DNA of 52,722 nucleotides from Planctomycetota bacterium (GCA_031407585.1 JANOIK010000519.1:1-52722); one strand, 5' to 3'; counted from the stretch's first letter, positions 29,191-38,296 are shown. The notes: generated by a model not told the origin, from the letters alone. Numbers and translations are program-made.

Positions 29191-30006
29191 CTAGGCTGCC
29201 TTTGCTTCTGGCGACTTCACAGAGCGAAGGGCGTAGGCCCAGTTGGCCGACTGACGAATCTGCGATTCCGAATCGAAGCCCCAGCCGCCTTTCATGTCGC
29301 CTAGGGCCTGACCCCATCTCAGTGACCACGAATTGGGGTAGCCCATTGCGCGACGGCCGCCGCGGCGAGTTGGCCGAACGTGGCAAATCGAATGCCCCTG
29401 CCGTCCGACGACAATCGGGTCTTGATTGCAGGCCGCCGTCCAAAGGCCCGGCAGCGTGCGAATGATCGTTGCCTCCAGGCCGGCAAACTCAAAGGCAGTC
29501 CCCTCCCAGTTGGCGGGGTACGGCGTGCGGAAGCCCGTGTTGGGCATTACGGCATCGCCAAATCGGGCGCGGTTTTCGGGAGTGTCGAGCGGAAGAATTC
29601 CCCGGTCGTTGATTTCATCCCAGCCATCGCTCACCATCGCTCCGCTTTGAGCGCTGCGGCCGATGCGCTTGTAAAGACTCATGGCCGAAAGTGGAATCAC
29701 GCGGTCTTTGCCGAACTGACGGGCTTGGCAAATCTCGTGGGCCTGCGCGCTGGCGTTGGCAACGCACGATCCCTCTTGGCCTTGATCGTAGATGCGCGTG
29801 ACCAGCCACTCAGGGCCGGCGTTGCTTTCGTCCATCGTCTCAATGGCGGCGTCGATTTCACGGTCACTCAGTACGCCGTACAAATCTTCGTAGCTTGGAC
29901 CGGACGAAAAGAACGGCGCGCCCAAATCTCCGGGCACGTAGAATTCCGCCCACTTCTCATCTCGGAAATCAACGTCGAGAAAATCGTCAATCAGTTCGAT
30001 CGGCAT
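29191..30006 (-). CDS. Papain-like (C1) cysteine peptidase
   Basis: DQGQEGSCVANA (Gln/Cys), GHSI (His), NSW (Asn). Confidence 0.88.
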   Translation of the reverse strand: MPIELIDDFLDVDFRDEKWAEFYVPGDLGAPFFSSGPSYEDLYGVLSDREIDAAIETMDESNAGPEWLVTRIYDQGQEGSCVANASAQAHEICQARQFGKDRVIPLSAMSLYKRIGRSAQSGAMVSDGWDEINDRGILPLDTPENRARFGDAVMPNTGFRTPYPANWEGTAFEFAGLEATIIRTLPGLWTAACNQDPIVVGRQGHSICHVRPTRRGGRRAMGYPNSWSLRWGQALGDMKGGWGFDSESQIRQSANWAYALRSVKSPEAKAA

Positions 30007-30007
30007 A

Positions 30008-31111
30008 TCAGCCCCCGTGTGCCTTGAGGACAGCCATCACGCCCGCGGCGGTCGTTGGCAGCGGCTCGGAATGAATCACGTTGCTCGTGGCTGCGTCGAG
30101 AATGAATAGGGCTGGCTCTTGCTCGCCCGCCGCCACGAGCTTTGACACCAGCGGGGATGGATAGTCGTCGTCGAAGATGTCGAGCTTGTGGCCTTGCGTC
30201 TTGATGTAGGCGGCGACTTCACCCGTGCGGAGCTGCGTAGTCAGAATGCCGATGGCGGGCGTGTTATCCTCCGTCTCGCGGAGAATCACGACGTAACGCT
30301 TGCCATCGATGACGGGCGTAGGCGGGTCCGGTTCGGGCGGCGGCTGCGGCGCATTGAGCGCCGCGACCAACTCCGCCACCTTCGCCGGCAACTGGTCGAG
30401 CGACTGTACCTTGCGTAGCTCAACCCGAATCGGTTCTTCGGCGTCCGTCCCTGCGAGCTTGCCTTCCGCGTGGTATCCTGAGACTGCTACGTCGAACATC
30501 GGGACGATCTTCTCGACCGCCTTGGCGACTGTGGGCAGGGCTTTCAGGATGAGCGTGAGGTTCGCGGCATCCGGGCCGGCGAGTTCGGACAGCGGCTTGG
30601 CGGGCGGCGCCTTGCCGACAACTACGTCCTCCGTGTATCGAATCGGGAGCGTGGCCGTGCCTGACTTCACGGTGAACACGGCCGTCAGCGGAAAGCGTCC
30701 CTCGCCGGCAGGCCAAAGGTAGATGCCGTGGCCCTCGCCCGGTTGCTTCCGCCATTTCAATGCAGATTCCCATTCGACTCCCGCGAGGTCCACGCCCTCG
30801 GGGCACTTGGCTTCGGCCTCCACGATTTCGCCCAACTCAAATCGTTCCGCAATCTCGATTGTCGGCGCCGTCACCGGGCCGGCGGCTTTCGCGGTGGATC
30901 GCTCGCCCACCTCGCCGTCGACACTGACGGTGACGACGCTGGACTCGGCTTCCTCGGGGATGTCGCCAACGTCCGCAGCCCGTGCCGCATTCCCCGCGAA
31001 GATGGCCGCACTACCCATCGCGTTGCGGCTTGAGGCGTCGTGCTCCCACAACTGCGCAGCGGCAATCGTCCCGTAGAGCAAGGCGGCGCAAAGTGTCGCT
31101 TTTCGGATCAT
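30008..31111 (-). CDS. Secreted protein with Pro-rich linker and small C-terminal domain
   Basis: Signal peptide MIRKATLCAALLYGTIAAA; PQPPPEPDPPTP. Confidence 0.7.
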   Translation of the reverse strand: MIRKATLCAALLYGTIAAAQLWEHDASSRNAMGSAAIFAGNAARAADVGDIPEEAESSVVTVSVDGEVGERSTAKAAGPVTAPTIEIAERFELGEIVEAEAKCPEGVDLAGVEWESALKWRKQPGEGHGIYLWPAGEGRFPLTAVFTVKSGTATLPIRYTEDVVVGKAPPAKPLSELAGPDAANLTLILKALPTVAKAVEKIVPMFDVAVSGYHAEGKLAGTDAEEPIRVELRKVQSLDQLPAKVAELVAALNAPQPPPEPDPPTPVIDGKRYVVILRETEDNTPAIGILTTQLRTGEVAAYIKTQGHKLDIFDDDYPSPLVSKLVAAGEQEPALFILDAATSNVIHSEPLPTTAAGVMAVLKAHGG

Positions 31112-31281
31112 GCTTCGCCTCGGTTTGCGTAGTCGGCCGCGGAGTTTAGTTCCAAGGATTCGAGCATCGCCTTTTCGTCCCAACGTGCCTGGGCAAATTC
31201 AGGAATCAAGCCGCGCTCCCATCCGTAGCTGCTCGTCAGCGTGCGAAGATCAGCAAGTCGTTTTGATTGCTCGCGGGTCAT
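31108..31281 (-). CDS. Hypothetical 57-aa protein (absent from ORF track)
   Basis: MTREQSKRLADLRT..NRGEA*; ATGA overlaps on both sides. Confidence 0.6.
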   Translation of the reverse strand: MTREQSKRLADLRTLTSSYGWERGLIPEFAQARWDEKAMLESLELNSAADYANRGEA

Positions 31282-31694
31282 CGGCGTAATCCTCGATAGA
31301 GGGCCATGCGGCGATATCGAAGTGCAAGGCGGCGGTAGTTCTCGGCGCGCCGCTTCTCGCGCTCGTATGCCTCGCGATCAACTGTGGCCGGGAGCGGGAT
31401 CGTTCGCGCATCCAGCCACTCCACCTGAATCGCGTTCTCTCGATCCGACTCTTTGACACCGCCGCGTACTGGATGCACGTAGCCATTGACCGCGATCAGC
31501 ACGTAGGGGTCTTTGCCGGGGTGCTGACGCTGCCAGTCTTTGAAGTGCTCGATGAAAGCGCTCAGTTGCACCGCTTCCGTGCGCGGATCGGCAGTCGGCT
31601 CCTGCCCGTGCACGAACTGCATCCCGCCCGCAAGGCAGGCCAGTACGGCCAGAAACACGATCCATCGGGTGCGCTGCGCTGGGGTGGCGGTCAT
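31278..31694 (-). CDS. Secreted or membrane-anchored protein
   Basis: RTRWIVFLAVLACLAGGMQFVHG leader; AAGGA SD. Confidence 0.65.
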   Translation of the reverse strand: MTATPAQRTRWIVFLAVLACLAGGMQFVHGQEPTADPRTEAVQLSAFIEHFKDWQRQHPGKDPYVLIAVNGYVHPVRGGVKESDRENAIQVEWLDARTIPLPATVDREAYEREKRRAENYRRLALRYRRMALYRGLRR

Positions 31695-31748
31695 GCAGAT
31701 TTCCTTACCTCAGAGCCTCGAATCCAACACACGACGCCAGCCGCACTA

Positions 31749-32012
31749 CTACGCAGCGCCGGCCTTCACCTCGTCTACGAACGATGCGGCGGACGCGCAC
31801 ACCGAGTCGGCAAACTCCCGGTCGCCAGACGCCGCGACGATGCCCAGCTCCGAACGGATGCGTGCCGCAACGGCTTCCCAGTATTCGATGGTCCGGTGAA
31901 TGGCGCCGTCGACCGTTTCGTGCACGAATTCGTCGAGCGACTTCAGGTTTTCAACGATCTTTTCCGCCGTGGTCAGCGCGCCCTTGAGCGCCGCTTGAAT
32001 CAGTTCGTTCAT
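31749..32012 (-). CDS. Hypothetical amphipathic helical protein
   Basis: ATG 32012 with GGAG SD. Confidence 0.6.
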   Translation of the reverse strand: MNELIQAALKGALTTAEKIVENLKSLDEFVHETVDGAIHRTIEYWEAVAARIRSELGIVAASGDREFADSVCASAASFVDEVKAGAA

Positions 32013-32116
32013 GGAAACGACTCCCGTGTGTGTTTCAAAAAAGTGGCATTTATTGAAAGAGCAGGTCGCGGCCCGATTCCGTGGGAGGGCAATCAGCCGC
32101 GACCCGCAGGAGGGCG

Positions 32117-32404
32117 CTAGGTCTTGGGGATGATGAGCGGCGCGAACAGGTCGAACAGGAACTTGATGAACTCCATGAGTTTGTTCCAATCAATGGCACC
32201 GGCCTTGTCCCGCTTGCCGTGCTGCTTCAACGAATCGTCAGCGAACTTGAGACGCTGGGCGTCGGTGGCCGCATCCCAACTAGCAAGCTTCTCCTTGGCC
32301 CGCTTGCTTTTCTTGGCCGCGAGCTTGTCGCGCAAGCGAGTGCAGAACTCCTTGCGCTCGGCGAGCGTGGTCGAGGTAATCTTGCGGTCGAAAATCTTGG
32401 CCAT
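32117..32404 (-). CDS. Basic protein with amphipathic C-terminal helix; first late gene
   Basis: MAKIFDRK..IDWNKLMEFIKFLFDLFAPLI. Confidence 0.65.
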   Translation of the reverse strand: MAKIFDRKITSTTLAERKEFCTRLRDKLAAKKSKRAKEKLASWDAATDAQRLKFADDSLKQHGKRDKAGAIDWNKLMEFIKFLFDLFAPLIIPKT

Positions 32405-32520
32405 GACTGACTCTCGGGTTGGGTAGGGGGCGTGCCGCGCGACGCTGTGACCATTCCTTGCAGCGTGGCGCGGATCGCCTCCTAGCTGGGTTGGGGGGAG
32501 CGGTGCTGGTTTGCCGATTA

Positions 32521-32569
32521 CCAAAAGAAGAACGCGAGCCAAAAGACAACTAAGTCCTTTGCTCGCGTT
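32521..32569 (-). terminator. Intrinsic terminator-like hairpin
   Basis: AACGCGAGCAAAGGAC-loop-GTCTTTTGGCTCGCGTT followed by CTTCTTTT. Confidence 0.65.
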
Positions 32570-32785
32570 GCGGCGGTGGCGGCCGAAGCCGCGTTCAGAT
32601 TTTAAGGCAGGCTCAAGGCCGGATTCCCACCCGGCTTCCCACTACAGGCTGACATCATCAGCCCGTGAATACTGACTTGGCCTTTTGAGGGGCCTCACTT
32701 TACTTTCCCTCAGCTAGGGGCTGCCCCGCTTAGCGGATTTGCAGTCCGGTGCGAACCGGCGTCCCCAGTGCCCATGAACCTGTTG
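32525..32785 (-). ncRNA. Candidate structured RNA / late-operon leader
   Basis: Run of hairpins between a promoter and a terminator, with no credible ORF. Confidence 0.5.
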
Positions 32786-32790
32786 CGAGA

Positions 32791-32820
32791 ATCATACCCC
32801 GGTTTGAGGCTTCGCGTCAA
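32791..32820 (-). promoter_or_regulatory. Putative late promoter
   Basis: TTGACG-18nt-TATGAT. Confidence 0.6.
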
Positions 32821-32960
32821 CACTTCGCCGCTTGGTACGCCGCCGCACGCTATTCGGCAAAGGCTTTTCCTCCAACTCATCCTCCCCGTTCCGGCCCGTA
32901 ACCAGACGGACCATGCAGCGGTCGAGCCGTAGCCAGTGGTCGCGGGTGATGGGGTGCTTT

Positions 32961-33173
32961 TTAGTGGCCGTTTCTTGCATCCCTGCCTCCAATTTCCGCC
33001 CACGGCTTCGATCTTCCGAGGGGCTTCCTGATTCGGTTCGTGGCGTACCAGCCGTAGCCGTCGTCGTCCTCGAATTCAATAAAGGCGCTGTCGGCGGCAA
33101 TCGCCTCGATGCGTCCGCAGACTTCCCGGCCCTTCACTTCCACGCGGTCGCCGATCTTTAATGCTTCGCTCAT
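32961..33173 (-). CDS. Small SH3/KOW-like protein
   Basis: LKIGDRVEVKG..GRIEAI. Confidence 0.6.
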   Translation of the reverse strand: MSEALKIGDRVEVKGREVCGRIEAIAADSAFIEFEDDDGYGWYATNRIRKPLGRSKPWAEIGGRDARNGH

Positions 33174-33176
33174 GGT

Positions 33177-33530
33177 TCATCCGAACTCGATAGCCTGCAT
33201 TGACGCCAACGCACTACGGATGGGGAAACTGTCGACGATCGGAGTTTCATACGGGTCATCGTGGTGCGCGCCGTCCTTCCCGCCAGAGCGGCGCCAACGC
33301 TCGTACCGACTCATGCCGTCCTTAATGCGTCCCGTCGCGGCTGCAATCTCATCGGGGCTCGGAACCCACACGAGTCCGCTGAGTGGAATCCAGATTCGCT
33401 CGCCGCCATATTCGGCGTCCAGTTCGACGACCGTTTGCCGGCCTTCGATCTTGCGGAGCGTGCCGCTGGCGAGCGACTTCTCGCATCGCTTGCCGGTCAA
33501 GGTGACTTCTACTCGGTCGCCGGGTTTCAT
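33177..33530 (-). CDS. Hypothetical protein (KOW-like N-terminus)
   Basis: MKPGDRVEV..PSPDEIAAATGRIK; AAGGA SD. Confidence 0.6.
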   Translation of the reverse strand: MKPGDRVEVTLTGKRCEKSLASGTLRKIEGRQTVVELDAEYGGERIWIPLSGLVWVPSPDEIAAATGRIKDGMSRYERWRRSGGKDGAHHDDPYETPIVDSFPIRSALASMQAIEFG

Positions 33531-33550
33531 GTCGTCGGGTCCTTCCGGGG

Positions 33551-34075
33551 TTAAGTGGCCGCCCGTACCCGCTGAAGGACGGCAGCGTGGAACGCGGGCC
33601 ACGAATCAACTTGGTTGTGCCCAACGTCTACGTCATGCGACTCAAAGATAGTCGCCCGTTTGTCCGCGAGCTTGATTTCCGAGCCGTTGATGAGCCCGTT
33701 GTCCTGGGTCCATGCTTCGCAGAATTGCACGTTGGCCGGAATGACGATCGTGTGCTGACCGTGCCAGGCATCCGCCAGAAACATCGCGTGAACGTCGCGG
33801 CCGAGCTTTTGCAAGTAGCGCGCGGCGTCCACGACGTACAGCCCGCCACGTGAATGCCCGACCACGATGATGCGGTCGAACGGCATGAGCAACTTCGCGT
33901 CTCGGTTCGCCGCTTGCTTCAAGTCGCCGGGCTGCATCCGCTGCTTGGTGATGCGGCGCAAGAACACTCCGACGCCGGGGATGCGGTCGAGGATTTCGGC
34001 AACGTCGCCGATTCCATCGCTGCGATTGTCGGGCTGAAGCACTCCGCTACAGCAAAGAACGCCGGTGTCGCTCAC
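33551..34075 (-). CDS. Alpha/beta hydrolase-fold protein
   Basis: Nucleophile elbow VVGHSRGG, LADAW, C-terminal GHNQVD. Confidence 0.75.
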   Translation of the reverse strand: MSDTGVLCCSGVLQPDNRSDGIGDVAEILDRIPGVGVFLRRITKQRMQPGDLKQAANRDAKLLMPFDRIIVVGHSRGGLYVVDAARYLQKLGRDVHAMFLADAWHGQHTIVIPANVQFCEAWTQDNGLINGSEIKLADKRATIFESHDVDVGHNQVDSWPAFHAAVLQRVRAAT

Positions 34076-34413
34076 TCCCCCTCCTTCGCCTGGGGCGGCG
34101 CTAGGGGCTCAAGTGCTCGTCTCGCAATGCACGCGGTTCTGCTCATCTGCGAGCCCTTCGCGCCGATGGCGATTTCCGTGTGCCGAATGATGTTGTCGAG
34201 CGCCGCCTTCAGCCGCACAATCTCCGCGTCTCTCTCTGCTAAGGCGGAAGTAGAGGCGGCGAGCTGGGCGGAGAGTTCGCGGATGCGGCAGCGTTTATCC
34301 TGCGAGACAACCGTTCCATCGGCGTAAATTCGAGAGCCGCAATCGAAAACCCGGATTGCGTACCCTTCGGTTTCCGGTTCGCAATTCGCGCCACATTTCT
34401 GGCAGGTGCTCAT
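34072..34413 (-). CDS. Hypothetical protein (CxxC plus coiled coil)
   Basis: 113 aa, overlap-coupled on both sides. Confidence 0.6.
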   Translation of the reverse strand: MSTCQKCGANCEPETEGYAIRVFDCGSRIYADGTVVSQDKRCRIRELSAQLAASTSALAERDAEIVRLKAALDNIIRHTEIAIGAKGSQMSRTACIARRALEPLAPPQAKEGE

Positions 34414-35372
34414 GTCCCATCCTTTCGTGCAGGAGAGGCGAGGTCGGCAACTACTAGGCGGGCCGTGAGGTCGCGCTTTTCGTCTTGGGAATCCAGCGAG
34501 ACGCGGTGCATGTATTCCAGTTGCTTCTCTAGACTCTCTATGCGGCCGTCTTTATCCAGAATCGCTTTGACGTTGATGCCGGCGGTGTACTTCAAGTCGT
34601 CGAGCGCGCCTTTGTGCCATCGCAGGCTTTCCTTCGCTTCCTCCAACTGTCCGCGTAGGGCGATGAGTTCGGCGGTGGCGGCAAGCAATTCGGTGTGCTG
34701 GCCCAATGCGGCACTCAGAATCTCGTTGACGTTCTCGCGTGCCTCGACTTCCCCTGCTTGGGAGGGGACGCGACGCCATTTCCGGCAACTATTCCAAGCG
34801 TCCGCGTGTGCGCTCTCGTGACCGGCCTTGGTTTTGCAGACACGCCATCCGTGCTCATTTATTAGGATCAAGTCGCCCTGGCTATCGCGTTCTGCGGTTG
34901 CTTCGTAAGCCCAGTCGCCGGAAAGTTCGCTCAGCCACTCACCCGGTTCATCGGGCCAGTCTTTCGTTTCTTGCTCACCGCCTACTAGGGAGGGGACGGG
35001 CGGGGCGGCGGGGTGCGGGCCAACTACCTGCAATGTTCCGTCGCGCAGGTCGCGAATTACGTCTTCGAGGTTTCGCACACGACCGGCTTCTACGTCCGCC
35101 ACGGCTCGCTCTAACTGTTCAGCGTCGGCGGGCTGGTAATCCTGATACTCGGGGAAGCCGCGCCGTTTCAGAATCTCGCACACCTTCGCGAGCACCGCTG
35201 GGTCTTGCGGAATTGACTCGGGACCTGCGTGCGCCGCTTCTCGCTGCGCTCGGGACTCAAGAGCATGCAGCACGCGAGTGCGCACCTCATCCGCCGTCAA
35301 TTCGCTGATGCCCCCCGAGGTCATGGCGTCGTGGTAGAGGGCGTGGATGTCCGGCGGGGTGGTGTTGGGCAT
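34410..35372 (-). CDS. Hypothetical mosaic protein
   Basis: Long ORF; probable ATG 35372. Confidence 0.55.
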   Translation of the reverse strand: MPNTTPPDIHALYHDAMTSGGISELTADEVRTRVLHALESRAQREAAHAGPESIPQDPAVLAKVCEILKRRGFPEYQDYQPADAEQLERAVADVEAGRVRNLEDVIRDLRDGTLQVVGPHPAAPPVPSLVGGEQETKDWPDEPGEWLSELSGDWAYEATAERDSQGDLILINEHGWRVCKTKAGHESAHADAWNSCRKWRRVPSQAGEVEARENVNEILSAALGQHTELLAATAELIALRGQLEEAKESLRWHKGALDDLKYTAGINVKAILDKDGRIESLEKQLEYMHRVSLDSQDEKRDLTARLVVADLASPARKDGT

Positions 35373-35394
35373 GGGGTGTCCGGGGGTTGGAGGG

Positions 35395-35769
35395 TTAAAA
35401 CTGCTTGCGTTCCCAGCCGCCGCCGGCTTTCTTGGATTGCTTCTGCTCCATCGCGAACTGGAACTGTGGGAACTTTTCGGCGGCACACTTGATCTTCACG
35501 ATGCTCTTGTCGTCAATCGGCCCGCCGCCCTTGGCGTCGATGAATTCCATGCTGCCGTCCGCGAACAGAACCGCGAAGTCTGGCGTGTAAAAGCACAAGT
35601 CGGCGAGCTTGATCTTGATGCACTCAAACCACCAGTCGATGATTTCACCCGCGAGCTTGCGCACCTGGAGCAACTCGGCATACGCGGTTTCCGTCTGATT
35701 CATCACGCCCGGCTTGTGGCGCTTGCCGTACTTCGTTTCGCCGCGTGCTCGGAATCTTGCTTGCGTCAT
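35395..35769 (-). CDS. PD-(D/E)XK endonuclease (DUF1064-like, possible resolvase)
   Basis: MNQTETAYA..YTPDF..FIDAKG..KIKCAA. Confidence 0.8.
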   Translation of the reverse strand: MTQARFRARGETKYGKRHKPGVMNQTETAYAELLQVRKLAGEIIDWWFECIKIKLADLCFYTPDFAVLFADGSMEFIDAKGGGPIDDKSIVKIKCAAEKFPQFQFAMEQKQSKKAGGGWERKQF

Positions 35770-35805
35770 GCGTCACGTTCCATTGGGCGCCAGGCCGGCG
35801 CGGGG

Positions 35806-35916
35806 CTAGGGGGTCCATTCGATCTTGCAGCGAGTGCAGTACAGCTTGCCGTTTTTCCAGACTACGCAAGTCCACCGATGGCAGGTTGGACAGCGGGGGT
35901 GTTCTTGTTCTTTCAT
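35806..35916 (-). CDS. 36-aa zinc-ribbon microprotein (absent from ORF track)
   Basis: MKEQEHPRCPTCHRW..LYCTRCKIEWTP*; ATGA overlap with replication gene. Confidence 0.5.
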   Translation of the reverse strand: MKEQEHPRCPTCHRWTCVVWKNGKLYCTRCKIEWTP

Positions 35917-36698
35917 GGGGTCTCCGGTTTGCAGATTCGTTCACTGAGGTCATCCGCGTTAGGCGGCGGCTTCGTGAGCACTTCTGGGATGGTGATTTTC
36001 TTGAGGTCCGCCATGAGCACGCGGCCCAGCTTCTCCGCGCCTTCCTTCAGGCAGTCCGTGAGGTAGGCGTAGGGCGTTCGTTTCTTCTCCGACGATTTCG
36101 CCGTGCCCTCTGCGGCCCCGTAGAGCCACGCCTCGGTGTACGGCGCGCGTAGCGTGAGCATCGAGCACTTGAGCACCAACGAGCGGTCCTGGGGCTTCTC
36201 CGGCTTCCCCACGCGCTTCGAGACTTCGTTGGCCCGTTTCCTAACGGTTCCGATTTCGGCCTCCGTCAACTCGCGCATCTGGTCGCCTTCGACAGTCGAC
36301 CTTAAATTCCCTTCCCTTCCCTTCCGATTCCGGGGGGGACCGTTCGTTGGCTGGTCGTCAACCGTTCCGATACCGTTCGGCGATGGGTAGCGGAATTGCG
36401 GCTTGTCGATTCGTTGATGATGCCAGCCCGTAACCTGAATGAAGCCTTTGCCTTCCGTCTCGTAGCGCTCGATCAAACAGGCGTCGAGAAGTTCACCGAG
36501 TAGCAGTTCAACATCGTCCGCCGTCATGGCGTCCGCAGGGAACACTTCCATCTTGATGCGCATGGCGGAGTCGGGATGGCGCCCCGCGTCGTCGCAGAAG
36601 TTCCAGAGCCCAATGAACAGTAGGCGAGCGGTCGGCGAACACTCGGCGACTTGTTCGCTGGTCCAAAATTCGGGCTTAACCGTGCGTATCCGTGCCAT
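35913..36698 (-). CDS. Phage replisome organiser / replication initiator
   Basis: MARIRTVKPEFW..ARLLFIGLWNFCDDAGR..VFPAD..WHHQRIDKP. Confidence 0.85.
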   Translation of the reverse strand: MARIRTVKPEFWTSEQVAECSPTARLLFIGLWNFCDDAGRHPDSAMRIKMEVFPADAMTADDVELLLGELLDACLIERYETEGKGFIQVTGWHHQRIDKPQFRYPSPNGIGTVDDQPTNGPPRNRKGREGNLRSTVEGDQMRELTEAEIGTVRKRANEVSKRVGKPEKPQDRSLVLKCSMLTLRAPYTEAWLYGAAEGTAKSSEKKRTPYAYLTDCLKEGAEKLGRVLMADLKKITIPEVLTKPPPNADDLSERICKPETP

Positions 36699-36743
36699 CC
36701 GTGATTCCTCACCTGCTTGTGTGCCTGGGCCGTGGGGGCCGCT

Positions 36744-37610
36744 CTAATCCGTGAACACCGTCGAATCGTTGACCCACGAATTGTCTTTGACTTCGATGAC
36801 GGCGCTCGCGGAGGGCACGCCAACGAGTTCCATCGAGCCGAGTTCCACACCGCCCCATGTGCTCTGATACGCGCTGATGCCCGTCGTGCGGACCCGCTCG
36901 CCGTCCCATGTCCACTCGACGGGGTAGCGTGCGTCTTCGGCCGGTAGGGCTATAGGCGCATTGAGCGTGCGTAGAATCGCCTTGCGGCCCACGTAGTTGG
37001 GCGCCGTGTCGAGTTCCGGGCGTGCGGCAATCAGCTTCGCCCACATTGCCGGATCACATTCGCGGAGGTGTTGGAGAAACTTGGGCACTTCCTTGCGTTG
37101 GTAGTTGTCGATCACGCCGCCCATGATTGCTTGCGGGCAGAAGTCGATTAGTCGAATCACCGTTTCAACGGTCCACGACGCGAGAGGCAGGAACGGATTG
37201 CCGGCGATGATGAACGCCGTGTGAGAAAGAAACTCCACCGTCTTGCACATGGTCATGTGCGCGTAGGGAAGGTACGCGTAGTCGCCGATGAACGCCATTC
37301 TTCGGGGTGCGGTCTTGAGATAGGGGATGCCCTCGTATTGTTTCTTGCGGTCGCGCACCCATTGATGGAACTTGGCCGCGCGTCGAGTCGGCCCAATCTC
37401 GCCGCCGTTTCGCCCATAGGGGCACTTGTCGGGAAACGGAGCGGTGCGCAGTGTGCAAAAGCCGGCATCATGCAGTGGGCAGGACGCGAGCTTGCAATAC
37501 GTCACAAACGTGACCGCCTTGTCGTTGGCGGATTTCTTGAAAATCGACGGTTGGCTCGGGTCGTAAACGTGAGCGTGAACCAGTCTTTCGGGCACGGTTT
37601 CAGCGGCCAT
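36744..37610 (-). CDS. Hypothetical protein
   Basis: 288 aa ORF with GAGGA SD. Confidence 0.7.
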   Translation of the reverse strand: MAAETVPERLVHAHVYDPSQPSIFKKSANDKAVTFVTYCKLASCPLHDAGFCTLRTAPFPDKCPYGRNGGEIGPTRRAAKFHQWVRDRKKQYEGIPYLKTAPRRMAFIGDYAYLPYAHMTMCKTVEFLSHTAFIIAGNPFLPLASWTVETVIRLIDFCPQAIMGGVIDNYQRKEVPKFLQHLRECDPAMWAKLIAARPELDTAPNYVGRKAILRTLNAPIALPAEDARYPVEWTWDGERVRTTGISAYQSTWGGVELGSMELVGVPSASAVIEVKDNSWVNDSTVFTD

Positions 37611-37613
37611 TTG

Positions 37614-37961
37614 TCAATCCTCTCCCGGCAAGGTGAACGCCCAAACCAATAGGCAATCCGGGCAGCGCGTGCGTAGAATCGCACGAAGATGCTCGCGACC
37701 ACCAAGACTGGTTGCAGCGTTTAGGGATGCCGGTGTACCACCACCGGCGTCGCGCATTCGGGGTCCGGCGTAAACCTGCGCGGGTGCCGCCCGTAAACGA
37801 TCCGTACTCCACCTCTTGCTGCGGGTGTGGGCACGCATATTTGTCCACGCTGCCCGCGACGTAGTTGTGGGCCAGCGAATCCACGAAAGTTCCTTGCACC
37901 GACGCGACTCGGCGCTCTCGAATTCCGTGTCCCACTTCGCTATTCGGTAAACCGGAGCCAT
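37614..37961 (-). pseudogene. Chimeric or degenerate gene carrying a duplicated fragment of gene 38368-38763
   Basis: Begins MAPVYRIAKWDTEFESAESRRCKELSW, then out-of-frame paralogous DNA with a 1-nt deletion. Confidence 0.5.
37746..37870. repeat. Diverged direct repeat, copy B
   Basis: About 85-90% identical by eye to 38588-38713. Confidence 0.9.
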
Positions 37962-37999
37962 CGCCCTACATCCTTGCTCTACGCCCTGGGGGGCTCGAT

Positions 38000-38296
38000 C
38001 TAAGTGGTGGGAGTGGCCTTCTCAACTGCGGCAAGAATCTGGCGGAACAGGCTGTCGAGCACTGCGGCCTCATCTTCGTGCTCTGGCTTGTACGGCGGGA
38101 AGATTCGCCACAGTTCGGAAATGTTGACGGCGGCCTTGCACGCGGCCAGTAGGTCGGCCCGCGAGCGAATTGCGGCAGCGGCTAGCGTGAAAACGTCGTC
38201 GTCCTGGGGTCCTGTCACGCCCAACGCATCCCAAAGCTGGTCTAGTCCGGCGTGGTACTGCTCTGGCGTGATGCCGAATTCTGATCGCGGGTCCAT
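38000..38296 (-). CDS. Hypothetical protein
   Basis: 98 aa, ADLLAACKAA..AAVEKAT phage-type C-terminus. Confidence 0.65.
   Translation of the reverse strand: MDPRSEFGITPEQYHAGLDQLWDALGVTGPQDDDVFTLAAAAIRSRADLLAACKAAVNISELWRIFPPYKPEHEDEAAVLDSLFRQILAAVEKATPTT

Noticed and set aside
32645-32665. CTGATGA as a hammerhead ribozyme core
   Set aside because: It lies inside a simple hairpin; no correctly placed stem II and GAAA
32600-32725. tRNA or tmRNA call for the structured element
   Set aside because: A T-loop-like hairpin is present, but no cloverleaf, CCA end or tag reading frame could be built
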